A DNA stretch of 64,000 nucleotides. It comes from Dicyema japonicum. Lineage: Eukaryota; Animalia; Dicyemida. Of this stretch, positions 40,010 to 51,571 are shown in pieces. Position 1 is the first letter of the stretch. Each line of letters starts with the position of its first letter. The position numbers and the translations under genes were made by a program. The stretch spans positions 740,335-804,334 of the forward strand of contig RDEW01000005.1 of NCBI GenBank assembly GCA_011109175.1, read 5' to 3'. The notes under the pieces are model-generated. The model ran no database searches. It saw nothing but the letters and a program-made list of their open reading frames with translations, and was not told the origin of the DNA.

Positions 40010-40560
40010 ATTGTATTTTATTAAATGATAAAACATCTCCGAGAAGTAGAGTAATGTTTCGTACCTCGGAAAGGTTGTTAATTTCAGGATTTCTGCCAAG
40101 TTGACAGTCACTCCAATCTATGTAGTAATAAATGATTTTAAATAATACAAATAGTTACCAACGATTCCGTGATCGTTATTCCTTGTTCAGAGTTGAGTAA
40201 TAAATCAGTGCTGTGAAGATAACGGAAATGTACATCAGAATTATTACATCAATTCACGGAATTTGTGTTACAACATATTAATTAATTCATATTTCACTGT
40301 TAATAGCGTTAACACGCCATTGCGGTGACACTTGTTAATAAATTAGAAAATATTTTTTTCCGAAAATAACCTTCCCAATAGGTTATCAGTTATTTTTGTA
40401 GTTTAATTTATATTTATTATGTATTATATTGAAATCAAATTGTTTAAACAATCTTTTCTTGTTTCAACCGTCTCAATCATCATTAATTATTTATATAACA
40501 CCAGGGAACAAGGAAGGTAATACTAACCAAACTAATTAGGCGATCGGTTTCCCTTATCGC
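40010..40560 (-). repeat. Inverted diverged copy of sequence at 38520-38830 and 39270-39650
   Basis: The reverse complement reproduces TTATTAACAAGTGTCACCGCAATGGCGTGTTAACGCTATT... and GTTATCTTCACAGCA... Confidence 0.85.
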
Positions 40561-43500
40561 ATAGTCATCTTTATGAGAGTAAACAATTAGCGCATGCATT
40601 GTCATCTTTATTACCTTTAATTACAAAAATATCTGTTTGAGTTATATTTTCGCATAATTATTATTGATTTATTAATCTCCGGTCCTTCGAGTGAAAGAAA
40701 CCGGTGACTAACAAATACTTTACAGTCGAGAGCGGACGGTCCCATAGATAGGTTTTCATGTGGGTTACTTGCTCGGAGAAAACTGCCTACATTTTTAGTA
40801 AGATAATTCGAATTCTTTCAAAATAGATCTGATTCGACCCAAAAAACAAATTCGAAAACTTTAGGTATTTTCTGTGTCCTTTTATTCACATGCAAAAGAA
40901 GAGAATGTGGCTTACACATAGACATGTTCACTATTGAGACAAATCGTGGATATGATTTGATTACAACTCAATCTTGCGAAATAAGCTGATTAACCATAAA
41001 ATTGATTTGAGCCGAATAAAATCGATATTTGTTAGGTTTATAATAATCACCGCATCGATCGGACAGAAACCCAAAGCTGACGATGGCTGTCAAAATTGAG
41101 CCTGTGCAATCAAAAAATGAAAAATTGAAGTTAATGAAGAAGCAGAGAAACATGGTAATACACCTTCTATCATAAAGATCTATACATTGAATGCAACTCT
41201 CAAAATAATTGAGGATGAAAGGTTCAAACAGATGACAGAGAAGCGCCTACTTAATAATAACAATGGAGTATAAGCTAACAAATTTTAAATATATGAACAT
41301 TTTTATGTTACTATAGCAACCAGTGAGTGGTATATTTAAGCAAAATGAATCACGGCTATAATGTGGGATCAATTAATTGCTGTGACCCGCTTAGACATGT
41401 AGACTATCTACTTGTATCACCTTTGGATGCGAAACCTACAATTACTCAATGACTAAGAAATTCTGTGTATTCTCAATGACCTAAGTGAAAAGTGAAATCA
41501 AAGACAAATTATTTCTATTCATGGACATCAAAAAAGATTTCTCTGCCATCTCAAATGTCCTTTGTGACGAAGACGATCAATGATTTGTGATAATTAAGGC
41601 CATTCGTTTCCGAAATTTCCCCTCACTTGACAAGAATGGTGATATTATCAATCTAACCTTTCTGACCACCAATGGCACTAAGGGAGTTATTGGAGTGCCG
41701 ACACTCTCAGCTGGTTGCACCACCCCCATTTGTTATTGAGGCCGAAACAATCAACTAATTATATTCGAGTAACCTAGATGGTAATCCAATTCCTAATTCC
41801 TTAATTTGGGGCAGAATTCAATTTAACCCTAACAGTTCTTTTATTCTTGTGGATTCGTGATACTTCTGATAGTACATGTCATCAAAAACTGATGTTGATG
41901 TGGTGACGCATCTTTATCACGCAGAATGGCTTAATATCCTCATGATGGAGATAACCTCTCGTTCCCTTTACTCTAATATGAATGGAAGAATTGGTGAACT
42001 TAGAGTCATTTGATAATAGAAGTTTCAGGTTCAAATTTCATCTTAGCAACATTTATGACAACTAAGAAAAGTCTGTCACGAGGAAAGGCCATTTCTACAT
42101 TCTAATAATGCTATTCGTTAAAACTGATCAATTAAACATATAAATAATCTTGTAGTAGGTTTGTAAGAAATTGTTGTTACCTTGTCTAAGAATCGTCTTT
42201 ATATTAAGAGAAAGAGCATGAGGATTAGGTGGTCTAACAACTTTTGCAGATATCCAAAGACTTTTGAACATATCGGTCGTTAGAAACAAAGCTTGTATCA
42301 TCCAGGCATATCGGAACCATTGGGTTTCGGAGGTTTTGGCTTAACCAGACGATCACAGTCGCTAATGACTGTGTTTACTGAGATATTAACTGTATGGCTA
42401 GGTTGTAAGAATGTTGGTGGACAACACTCACTTATACTACACACGTGCTTAGTTAACTTGTAAATTTTGTGCTTTGGCCTTTAAGAAATGTCTTCATTAC
42501 TGAATTGATAGAGATAGGACAAATGATGAGTAGGCTCAAAAAAGTCAAAAATTCATATGTTCTTTAAAATTGTTTAAAAATTATTAAAATGTGATTTTTA
42601 ATCAAAAATATTATATAAATCAAAAGTTATAAAGTCAAAAAAGGTCAAAATTTGATTTTTAGGTCAATAAAGTCAAAAATTGTATTGATTTTTATTTTTT
42701 ATTTATTAATTTTTAGAGTTTTTAAATAAACTACTAACGTGTCATCAACTGTTTGACGCACTCAAACAAGAAGAGTCATTGAAAAGGGTAAGAATGTTAT
42801 ATGAAAATATCCTGGTGAATTTTCTATCAACTTACGAATTTTCTAACAACAGCTTTTTGTCGAATCTTTTGTCTAATAAAAATTCAAACTAACAGGTTTA
42901 TCATTTTTATTACTATTTTGCAGGTTTACTGTAAAAATATCTGATTTTCTTATTCCACCTACCGACTCTAGATCAATGAGGTCACTAATGCTTACTCGAA
43001 TATGATTTTTTTGCATAAGCTGAACTGTAAAGTTCACAAAACTTGTTTGAGGGTATTGGATATTGTTTTTCTTCCTTATATGCAAAAATGTAAAAAGTTT
43101 GTTCCAAAACTAACTTGACCGAAGCTATTTTTGAGTATTTTACATGCATTTATTATAGAGTTGGAAAAAATTGGTTTGATCTAAAAATCCATTATAATAT
43201 GAATACACAAATAAATTTTTTCGACTCAGCTTAGACGAGGGCTTAAACTCTATAAGAGCTCGCGGATTCATGAATCTACCTACCAAACATTGTCGACCAT
43301 CGAAGGGAATGACGGCCAAAAGTGGAATAATTGATTTAAAGCGCATTAACATACAAGGAAATGTGTCATGAAAGACCCTATTGGGAACTATCATATTTAT
43401 GTTTAAACTTCCATAGTTCCATGATACCTTCAAACATTAATCTAGTATGTTGAGTTCCTCACTCACAATCGCTAATGGTAACCTAAAGTCACCTGCAAAT

Positions 43501-43799
43501 ACAATGGTCATCCTTTCATTGTTCGTATTCTTAATATCTTTAATGATTTTCCGATGCCTCAGAAGCACGTGTATGCGTTCATTCGTCCCAGAATTTTAGA
43601 TGTTATATTCGAATCATATTCATTATACTCTGCCTAACATCCCCCTTTATGACGCCATGAGCAAACATCTTAAAAACCACTAGATACAAGATAACCACAT
43701 ATCCTTTCGGGAGACCCATCCAAGATTCTCATACATGTTTAATTGTTCCTCTCATGACGGTCTGGGGTCAATTAATTTGTTGGGAATTTTCTCTACACT

Positions 43800-43985
43800 A
43801 GAGCTTTTCGGACGTCTTGGAAACCGGATCACCTCATGCACTGGAGATCTCCGCGAATGTCGCTGGTTGTTTGAGCGAATTTCGCTCGCAATTCTGAGAG
43901 GGAACAGCCACCCAGTGAGGCAGCTAACTGACTTATGTTTTGTCTTTATGTGTTTTAATAAATTAATTTCAAAAAGTAAAAAAAT
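43800..43985 (+). mobile_element. CRE 3' stub nested in a LINE 3' UTR
   Basis: Close to 12095-12230. Flanks CGGTCTGGGGTCA (left) and CCAGTTATCCTGGGG-TGATAATAAT (right) match the two halves of the 22490-22577 UTR. Confidence 0.8.
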
Positions 43986-44378
43986 CCAGTTATCCTGGGG
44001 TGATAATAATACATTATAACCTCCATTTTGAAAAATTGCCCCAAAAAAGGAGGTCCGACAATTTCTTCATTTTTATAAAACCTTTAACAGTTTTAATATA
44101 ATTTCCATCAATTTTATTAATAAGTAAAGTATATTTATGAACATTTAAGCATGTTTTTCATTAATTATATGATAACTATTGTATTTTTTTAAACAGAAAA
44201 TTTTTTTATTCTATTACACGAAAAAATCTGTCATTTTGTTTCCTGCTACAGATTTCTTCATATGTATGCTCAAAATCTTTTCTGAAATTGTGATAATCTT
44301 TTAACGCCACCAAGAAACAACGGTGAATATTCTCCTTAAGGTTATTGCTGTTACTGTTATTGTATCCAAGTGTTAACA

Positions 44379-44669
44379 GTTGCATTCTTGAGTTCTCTAA
44401 AAAATCGGATCGCTACATGAATAGGAGCTGGAATTCTTGAGTCGTCTAAGGAATCGGATCGCTACACGAATAAAAGCTGGAATTCTTGAGGCGTCTAAAA
44501 ATCGGATCGCTACACGAATAGGAGTGGAATTCTTGAGTCCTCTAAAAAATTCGGATCGCTACACGAATAGAAGCTGAAATTCTTGAGTCGTCTAAAAAAT
44601 CGGATCGCTACATGAATAAAAGCTGAAATTCTTGAGTCGTCTAAGGAATCGGATCGCTACACGAATAGG
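44379..44669 (+). repeat. Six tandem ~49-nt units derived from CRE coding sequence, running into a CRE 3' end (to ~44765)
   Basis: Consensus GCTGGAATTCTTGAGTCGTCTAAGGAATCGGATCGCTACACGAATAGGA with no spacers; single copies occur at 29538 and 59790-59835 (-). Confidence 0.9.
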
Positions 44670-45029
44670 AGACTCTCATGAGCGCTGCTGGTTATTTGAG
44701 CGAATCTCGCTCGCTATCCTGAGAGGGAATAGCCACGAAGTCAGGGCAGCCGCTATATAACCGTTTACTTTCTTTTCAGTAAATACATCTGCAATTATGG
44801 TGTCCAAAATTTCGTTCTCATTATTAACTAAAAATTTGAATTAGGAATCAGTTAGCGACAGTTTTTAGTTGTTACCAACGATTGGTTTTTGTTTCAGGAT
44901 TTAAATTTTTACATGTTTTCCCAACAATTATTATGACATTACGAAGACTTATTTTTTTAAATTAAACATTTGTAAGTCAACGTCCTCCAAAAAAAGAGTA
45001 AATCCATTAAAGCGTTAAGATATTTAGAC

Positions 45030-45576
45030 ATCGACACGAAAATGAGAATCCTACTATACAGAATCCTACTATACGACTCATTCATAAAACCCGTACTTTT
45101 ATATAACGCTGGAACTTGGGCGACCTCATCAGCGGATATGAAAAAACTAGACTCGTTCCACAGAGGTCAGCTGAGAAAATAACAGGAACTACTTGGCCTA
45201 CGAGAATATCTAGGAATGCTTTATATAAGAGATGCAGCACTAGACCTATCAGCTTAGAAGTACTGGAATCCCGATGGAGGCTCTTCGGACACGTGCTGAG
45301 GATGGAATTAACATCCCCACCGAACATATCTATGAAACATACTATGTTAGTCAAGAAGGCCGCTATCGGGAAGACCAAGAACAACACTGCCAATAGTCTT
45401 ACAAAAAGACCTGGTCAGTATAAAAAAACCTAACAAATGCCGACGACCTGGACAGCATGAGAGCCTTGGCTAGGAACAGGGGAGCATGGAAAAGGATGAC
45501 ATCTAACCTTGTTTCTTTTGCTGCACATGCGGGGCTATAATTAGTATGGCTCTTGTGAAGTGCTTAAATAAAAAAA
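45030..45576 (+). mobile_element. Young 5'-truncated RTE insertion with 10-bp TSD
   Basis: Nearly identical to 62495-63020; ATATTTAGAC at 45020-45029 and 45577-45586; 15-nt internal duplication AGAATCCTACTATAC near the 5' junction. Confidence 0.93.
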
Positions 45577-45949
45577 ATATTTAGACTTAGGATTTAATAA
45601 CACCCATGTCTAACGGTTGAATTAATGAGGTTGCATTTTTTGAAGAACAACAATTTAATCTTGGAAAGATAGAAATTCCTGTGACAACTTGCGTTATCAA
45701 GTAACAAACCAATTTTTCTCTTTTGCTTAATCATTTGTTCTTTAAAATTGTTTAAAAATTATAAAATGTGATTTTTGTAATGGTGAGCCAAGTAATAAAT
45801 ATTTCTAATGTTATCCAAGAATTTTTGGATGATAAATAAAAAACTCCATGTGCTTCAGGGTTAAAGTTTTTCATACAGTATGGAGATTTAAATTTCCCCA
45901 CTAATAATGAATTCAATTTTTCTTCACAATCACTGATTTTGAAAAAATC

Positions 45950-46980
45950 GTGACCTTTTCTTTGCTTCTTTTAATACCGAAACAGTCAGAATGAATGTTT
46001 CCAATGCACACTCTACCTCTCCGTGCGCTAAGGGAGTTAGTCAGCCTGCGTTTGAGGTTTTCAGGGATATATGATTGGTAGACTTTTCATTTTAGATTCT
46101 TCCTCGGCACAGAGTCGAAAGCTTTGTGGACATCTAGTGAGCATAACACAGTTTTCTAGTGTTTTTGGCTTTGTAAAGAATTCTAGAGCAAATAAAGTTA
46201 GTCAGGGATGTGAGGAAGCTTGTTGTGGACCGATCCTTTTTGAAACCATGCTGGAACGGTTTATCGGGAATCCTTTCAGTGATTTTTCCAAGTATGAGGT
46301 ATTCCAGAATTTTTGACATGGAGCATAAGAGAGAAATAGGTCTGAAGGAAACTGGGTCTTTTTACGTTTTCCTGGCTTTAATATTTGGCGAATGTTTGCA
46401 AGTTTCCATATCTTTGGGATTGAGTTATAATTAATCGACCAGTTGTAGATTTTATTCAGGGTACCCATTCCCTCATTGCCTTGGTTTTTCAGGAAGATTA
46501 TAAGAATTCCGTCTGGACCATGAGAATGTGTTACTTTTGTTTGGCTTAAAAATGCATTACATCCTTTTCCGTGAAATAATTTAATTGATCCCTTTTCGGT
46601 TTTCTTAACGGCGGTTTAGGTGTGTCAGTCCTCATGTGGTTTTGTGAGAGATTTTCGCGTAGTATTTTATTAGGGCGTTTAGGTTTTTTGGCTGAATTTG
46701 TCATTTCGGGTGTCCTTTCATCCACCTTCGAGATATTTCGAATAATCTTCCAGACTTCGGATGTTGACCGGTTACGATTTAATGACTTAAGGACCATCTT
46801 CCATTTAGCTCTCTGTATTTTGAATTCTTTGGCTTTTATTTCTCGTTCAGCACTTTTAGACAGGATCCCTGCTATTTTGAAACGGCTTCGTTCCTTGACC
46901 AGAGCCTTCCTTCCGTACTCTCTCGTGTAAACGACATATCTTTTAGGGACAACCATTCCAAATTTGGAAAATACCACATA
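45950..46980 (-). mobile_element. LINE pre-RT/RT fragment
   Basis: WKMVLKSL..NRSTSEVWKIIRNI, IPKIWKLANIRQILKPGK, MSKILE, FQHGFKKDRST. Confidence 0.8.
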
Positions 46981-47596
46981 AAAAATTATGCATTTTCAAA
47001 CTACCCCAAAAAAGAGGTTCCCCAATCCAGAAGTCAGCCCCAAATGGAGGTCATACTGTATCATTTAAAGGGCAATTAAAAAATTGAATTGCGAATCTTC
47101 TTTGAATTCCTGAGAAGGAATATCCATACAGTCAGGGAGGCCGCTATATGACCATTTGCTCACTTTTTTCCTTAATAAATTATTTATTTATTAAAAAAAA
47201 ATGTCCTAATTGAAAAAATAAAAAATAATAAAATTGTCCTATTTTTTTCTTAAGATGTCCTAATTGTACTAATTGTCTTTAAAATGTCCTAAAAAATATC
47301 CCAGACCACCATGAAGTAGAGCTCCTCGGCTGTTCGATCATACATCTTCAGGTCATTGATAAAAAAAGGTGATTTGTACTGAAACAAACACCTTAACTAT
47401 GAACTGGTATTTCAACCCACATAGACAAAAGTAAGTTTTTGTGAGACACAAAATGAACTTGTTGATCAAGGCTTGCTCTCTTGCCCCCGTTAATAATTAT
47501 AATAATAAAATTTATTAAAATAAAATTATTAAAATAAAATTTATTTTAATTTTGGTATAATGAAATATTTCTTAAATGGAGAATATAGGCCGGACA

Positions 47597-48292
47597 ATGA
47601 TGTTTAGTGCGATAAGTAATTACACTGTAAATCATATTTAGTCTTATTTCTGTGCTTTGAATCCAACATAGTTGATATTCAAACGAATTATTCAATCAAC
47701 AACGGAATTCCAAAGTGGATTGTTACAACAAAGATCCAGACTTTGTTTGAATTCAGCGGAAAATTTCGCATTTTCGATAAAAATACTACTGTACGTAAAC
47801 TTATAATTACAGGAAACAATCTTCTGCTTTAATAATTCCAGATTAGATGTCAATTTTAAAAATGAATATTCATTCACTCTCACGTGGACGGAAGGTAACT
47901 GGAGTCTACAGTTTTTTTTTATGTATTATGATGAGAATATGACACTAGATTTAGTAAAATTGTTTAATCCATCCATTAAAGGTAATTTGTATTATTTATA
48001 TGTAGTCGACGAATTTTCGATTAATAAATTGTTGATGTTTAGATATGGCTTTAAGGTCTCATCATCAAATCAATTTATAAAGTTGAATACAATGATCATT
48101 GAAATAAATATGTTTAAGCTCATAGTTTATTCAAAAATACATATTGACTCAAAATTTTCAAAGTCACCCGTGTCAATCGCAATTATAGTATCCTATATAA
48201 TAGGGGTAGCTGCTCTGATTTCGTGTGCTTTATACGCAGGACATAAAATTTCGAAAAGACAAATCACATATAAATTCAAAGTACATAGATGA
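47597..48292 (+). CDS. Type-I membrane glycoprotein, 207 aa, possibly LAMP/Ac45-like fold
   Basis: Exons 47597-47615, 47642-47790, 47813-47981, 48006-48292 (624 nt, open); introns of 26, 22 and 24 nt. Signal peptide MMFSAIILFLCF, five N-x-S/T sequons, TM helix VSIAIIVSYIIGVAALISCALYA and a short basic tail. The family assignment is weak. Confidence 0.7.
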
Positions 48293-50479
48293 ATTTGACT
48301 TTTGGGTTTATTTGGGATAAATAATATTTTGGGTTGTTATAGTCAGTCGTTAAGAAAATGATAATTACAAACTGATAAGTGCTCTAAATTTGAGTGTGTC
48401 TTTGTCTGTGATGTATCTAAATTTGAGTGTGGCTTTGTCTGTGATGTATCTGAGTCTTTGTCTGTGATGTCGTATATCCGTCTCCCACATTGGACAGGGA
48501 TCATTTAGTTAGCAGAGGAGATTTTCACTTTCATTTGAGTGAGGCACTAAATATAAGTCTTTCTGGTGTTTTGGCCTTTTTATTAGGAATTTTCTCTGTA
48601 AGTGATTCCAAATAAAGTACACTGTTCTTTGGCACCAAGCAAGTTTAGGGATCAGAAAGATAGTAGTTGTCACCAACTTAGAAGAGAGATTTCCAATCTT
48701 GAAATAACCTATTTATGTCGCATATGTATTCATGTGGTGTCATTATTTCAAATTACTTTACAATCAAACCGTTGGATCGAGATGGAGACTCCTTTGGTAA
48801 GTACTGGGATGTACCCCCTGCAAGTATAGTTAATGAACAATACTTCAACAATGTCATTATTTAAAAATACCCATATTGAGAAAATTTTATATTCTGGAGA
48901 ATTTTATTGGATAGAGATTGTGTCCTGCCTAAACGGAGCTAGGCTCTGAGTAAAAGTACAGTTTTTTTAATTTTCTGCTTTTTCTAAAGAAGGTCAAGTA
49001 TTTAGAGAATTCACAAGATTAAAATGAAGAAATATAAAATCTTCATATTCAGCCATGAGAGTGTCAATAATAGATATTGGACTCGGTCTCTTTTCGGCAT
49101 AATCTGACATCGTTGATAAATCCGAGTTATAATCAGGAAATAAGCCTTTTAACAAACTTAAAACAACTTACTTAAATAGGCACAATAAGAACTCCACAAG
49201 AACATCTATAATACGCTTTTTTTGATCTCATCGAATAATACGAATATTGTCAATTATGGAAGCCAATATTCATGAAGTTATTCCGGAAAACGGTAGGTCG
49301 ATGGGAGAAAACATGGGAACGTTGGAAAATTTGATCACTACCAGATCTCGGTGTCAGTTAAGATCAGAGTTATGACTATTTTATTACAACTTGTGTATCA
49401 ATACCTATCTTTTCTTCAACCGGACACGGTTCCGGAAGATCATCATCAACATGGCAGTCAACACTGCCTAGGTTTATGGTTGATGGCTTTAATCCAACCC
49501 CACCTCATCTCTATAAAGACTTCAACACACTACTAGGAAACACCCATTGGAAAAATTTATACTTCAAAAGCTATGTGAACTTTAAGTTTCGGTTTGGTAA
49601 CTTTCTCTCAAGAAGACTTGGTAGGACTGCTGCAGACATCTAAGTTCAAGATCGTGGTTATCAGCAAACGGAGTTCACTAGGGTTCCCTACTATATCCCA
49701 TTATCTTCAACTTCCTTTTACGTGACAGATGACAAAAATAGTGGTTAACTCTTCACATGCCGGGCATTAAAAGTTTATAAATCGATCATTTACTCAAGGA
49801 ATCCACAACCCGTAAATACGGAGCCAGATTCCTACAATTTTGCTAAGAAGGTTTCATTAGCTTCACATATCTCTACCCCAGGCAAGGGAAGTCATTCGGT
49901 CTTGAAGTTCTCTTCTTTGATTTCCTGCAAGAGCACGAGAGAAGCCAATTCTGGTCAAAGATGGATGCGACAAAGCCCCACTAACTTAAGTTGATATTCT
50001 TTGTTCAAGGCACTTTTTCTAAAAGACGCCACAAAGAATAAAATAACTTTAAAATGAGAATCTCGTCTATTTTGAGTCATTTTAATTTTTTAATCGAATT
50101 ATTTTTATGGCCAAAATTATTATTAAAAATAAAAAATTAAATATTTATCGATATCAAGTGGTTCTTACTTGAATTTATTGATGAATTTTACTCCAAAAAC
50201 GCCGATTATGCTCTGGCATTCTAAATATTTAAAGAGCATAACAGCCAACTTAGACTAGTGGTGGTTGCAACGACTGTTGGATACTTCAAGAATGCCTAGG
50301 ATGAGTTTATTTGGACTTTTTATCGTTTCATTCGTTCAGATTTTTCTCCGCAAAACAGGATGTGATTGAATCCATCATCCTGGTGTCTCTGATGATGTAT
50401 TGCTGGTTCTTTAAAATTACTCACTTTTTTCAAAACAGATAGACATATTAAGTCAATTTTTAAAAATTAATGTATAAAT

Positions 50480-50800
50480 ATATTTTATTTTTATAAAATA
50501 TAAAATTTTATGATTTCGTAAAAATAGGCATTCGTCTTGTATGGTTCTAATCATCCTCTCTGTCAACCTCCACCATGATCCTCTGTTGCGTGCTAGTTCG
50601 TTTAGGTAGTCCAGATCGTCCGCCGTAGTTAGTCTCATACCAACCGTCGATAGGTCTTCGTTCAAGATAGTCGGAAGTGTCGTTCTTGGCCTTTCGCGAA
50701 ATCCGACTCCTTTGTGTGCGAAATAGTTGACCATTACAAAATTTGCGGGGACCTGGTCATTTAGACGTCTTGATTGAAAACATCATCTACAGCACGCCGT
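50480..50800 (-). mobile_element. RTE 3' coding fragment (diverged subfamily)
   Basis: GFRERPRTTLPTILNEDL...LTTADDLDYLNELARNRGSW parallels the C-terminus of the 60-63 kb element. Confidence 0.8.
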
Positions 50801-51264
50801 ATTTGCATTTATTATAAAGGATTTGCATCAGAGATCTTCATAGGCCAGTTAATCTTGATTACCGATTTGAGCTGAGATCTGTGAAAGGAGTTAAGACAAT
50901 CCATTTCCCGTTTAGAGATTCCCCAACTCCCAGAGTTGTAGGTTATCACCAGGATGACAAAAGCTTTGTATATTCTAAACCTGTTATTTAGTCCTATCTA
51001 CTTGTGGCTAGGTCGCATACCAGTATGTGTTTCTTGTGAGGTTGTTTAAGTCCTCTGTAATTGAAAGTTCCCAGAGTGAACGGAGAAGTCGGTAAAGAAT
51101 ACGAATAAGACATAGTGCAATAGAGATGTCGTCACCTCAACCAAAAAAGTATTTATATTGAGTAATACAATTTAGTACATGGAAATAAAATTTTATATAC
51201 CACTTCATTGACTAATGAGGCCGTCATCAGTGATTCACGAGTGCGGTACCGGATTGTTTCTAGG

Positions 51265-51480
51265 ACTCTCATTATTATTAACCACAAACTTACAATGGTA
51301 AGCCAACCAGTCATAACTATTTAATACAAGGAAGGAACAAAGAGAGAACCATCTGCTTGTGCCGACCAAATCCATCTTTCAATACTTCATTACAGGCTTC
51401 CACTTCCAAAGACAGATGAAGAAGTAGATCCGTCCTCTTTCATTTCGTCTTACGTTCTACGGTCGCCCTCTTCCATCAAA
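51265..51480 (-). mobile_element. LINE 3' UTR stub
   Basis: The reverse complement matches 52020-52231, including the TAATAATAAT tail. Confidence 0.8.
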
Positions 51481-51571
51481 GGATTCGCTCAGTGACTCAC
51501 ATTCAATCAAAATGAAAATAACAAGAATTTAAGAACACCTTCGATATCTTAGATTAATGTTTTATTTAATT

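Noticed and set aside
42873-43433. Minus-strand ORFs of 97 and 70 aa
   Set aside because: No recognisable motif or convincing splice model; could be a decayed gene.
44379-44669. CRISPR-like array
   Set aside because: Units are contiguous with no unique spacers, derive from CRE coding sequence, and no cas genes are present.
7811-48292. Ciliate-type code, because the intact genes end in TGA
   Set aside because: No in-frame TAA or TAG occurs in over 1000 reconstructed sense codons, Gln uses CAA/CAG, and the sample of stops is tiny.
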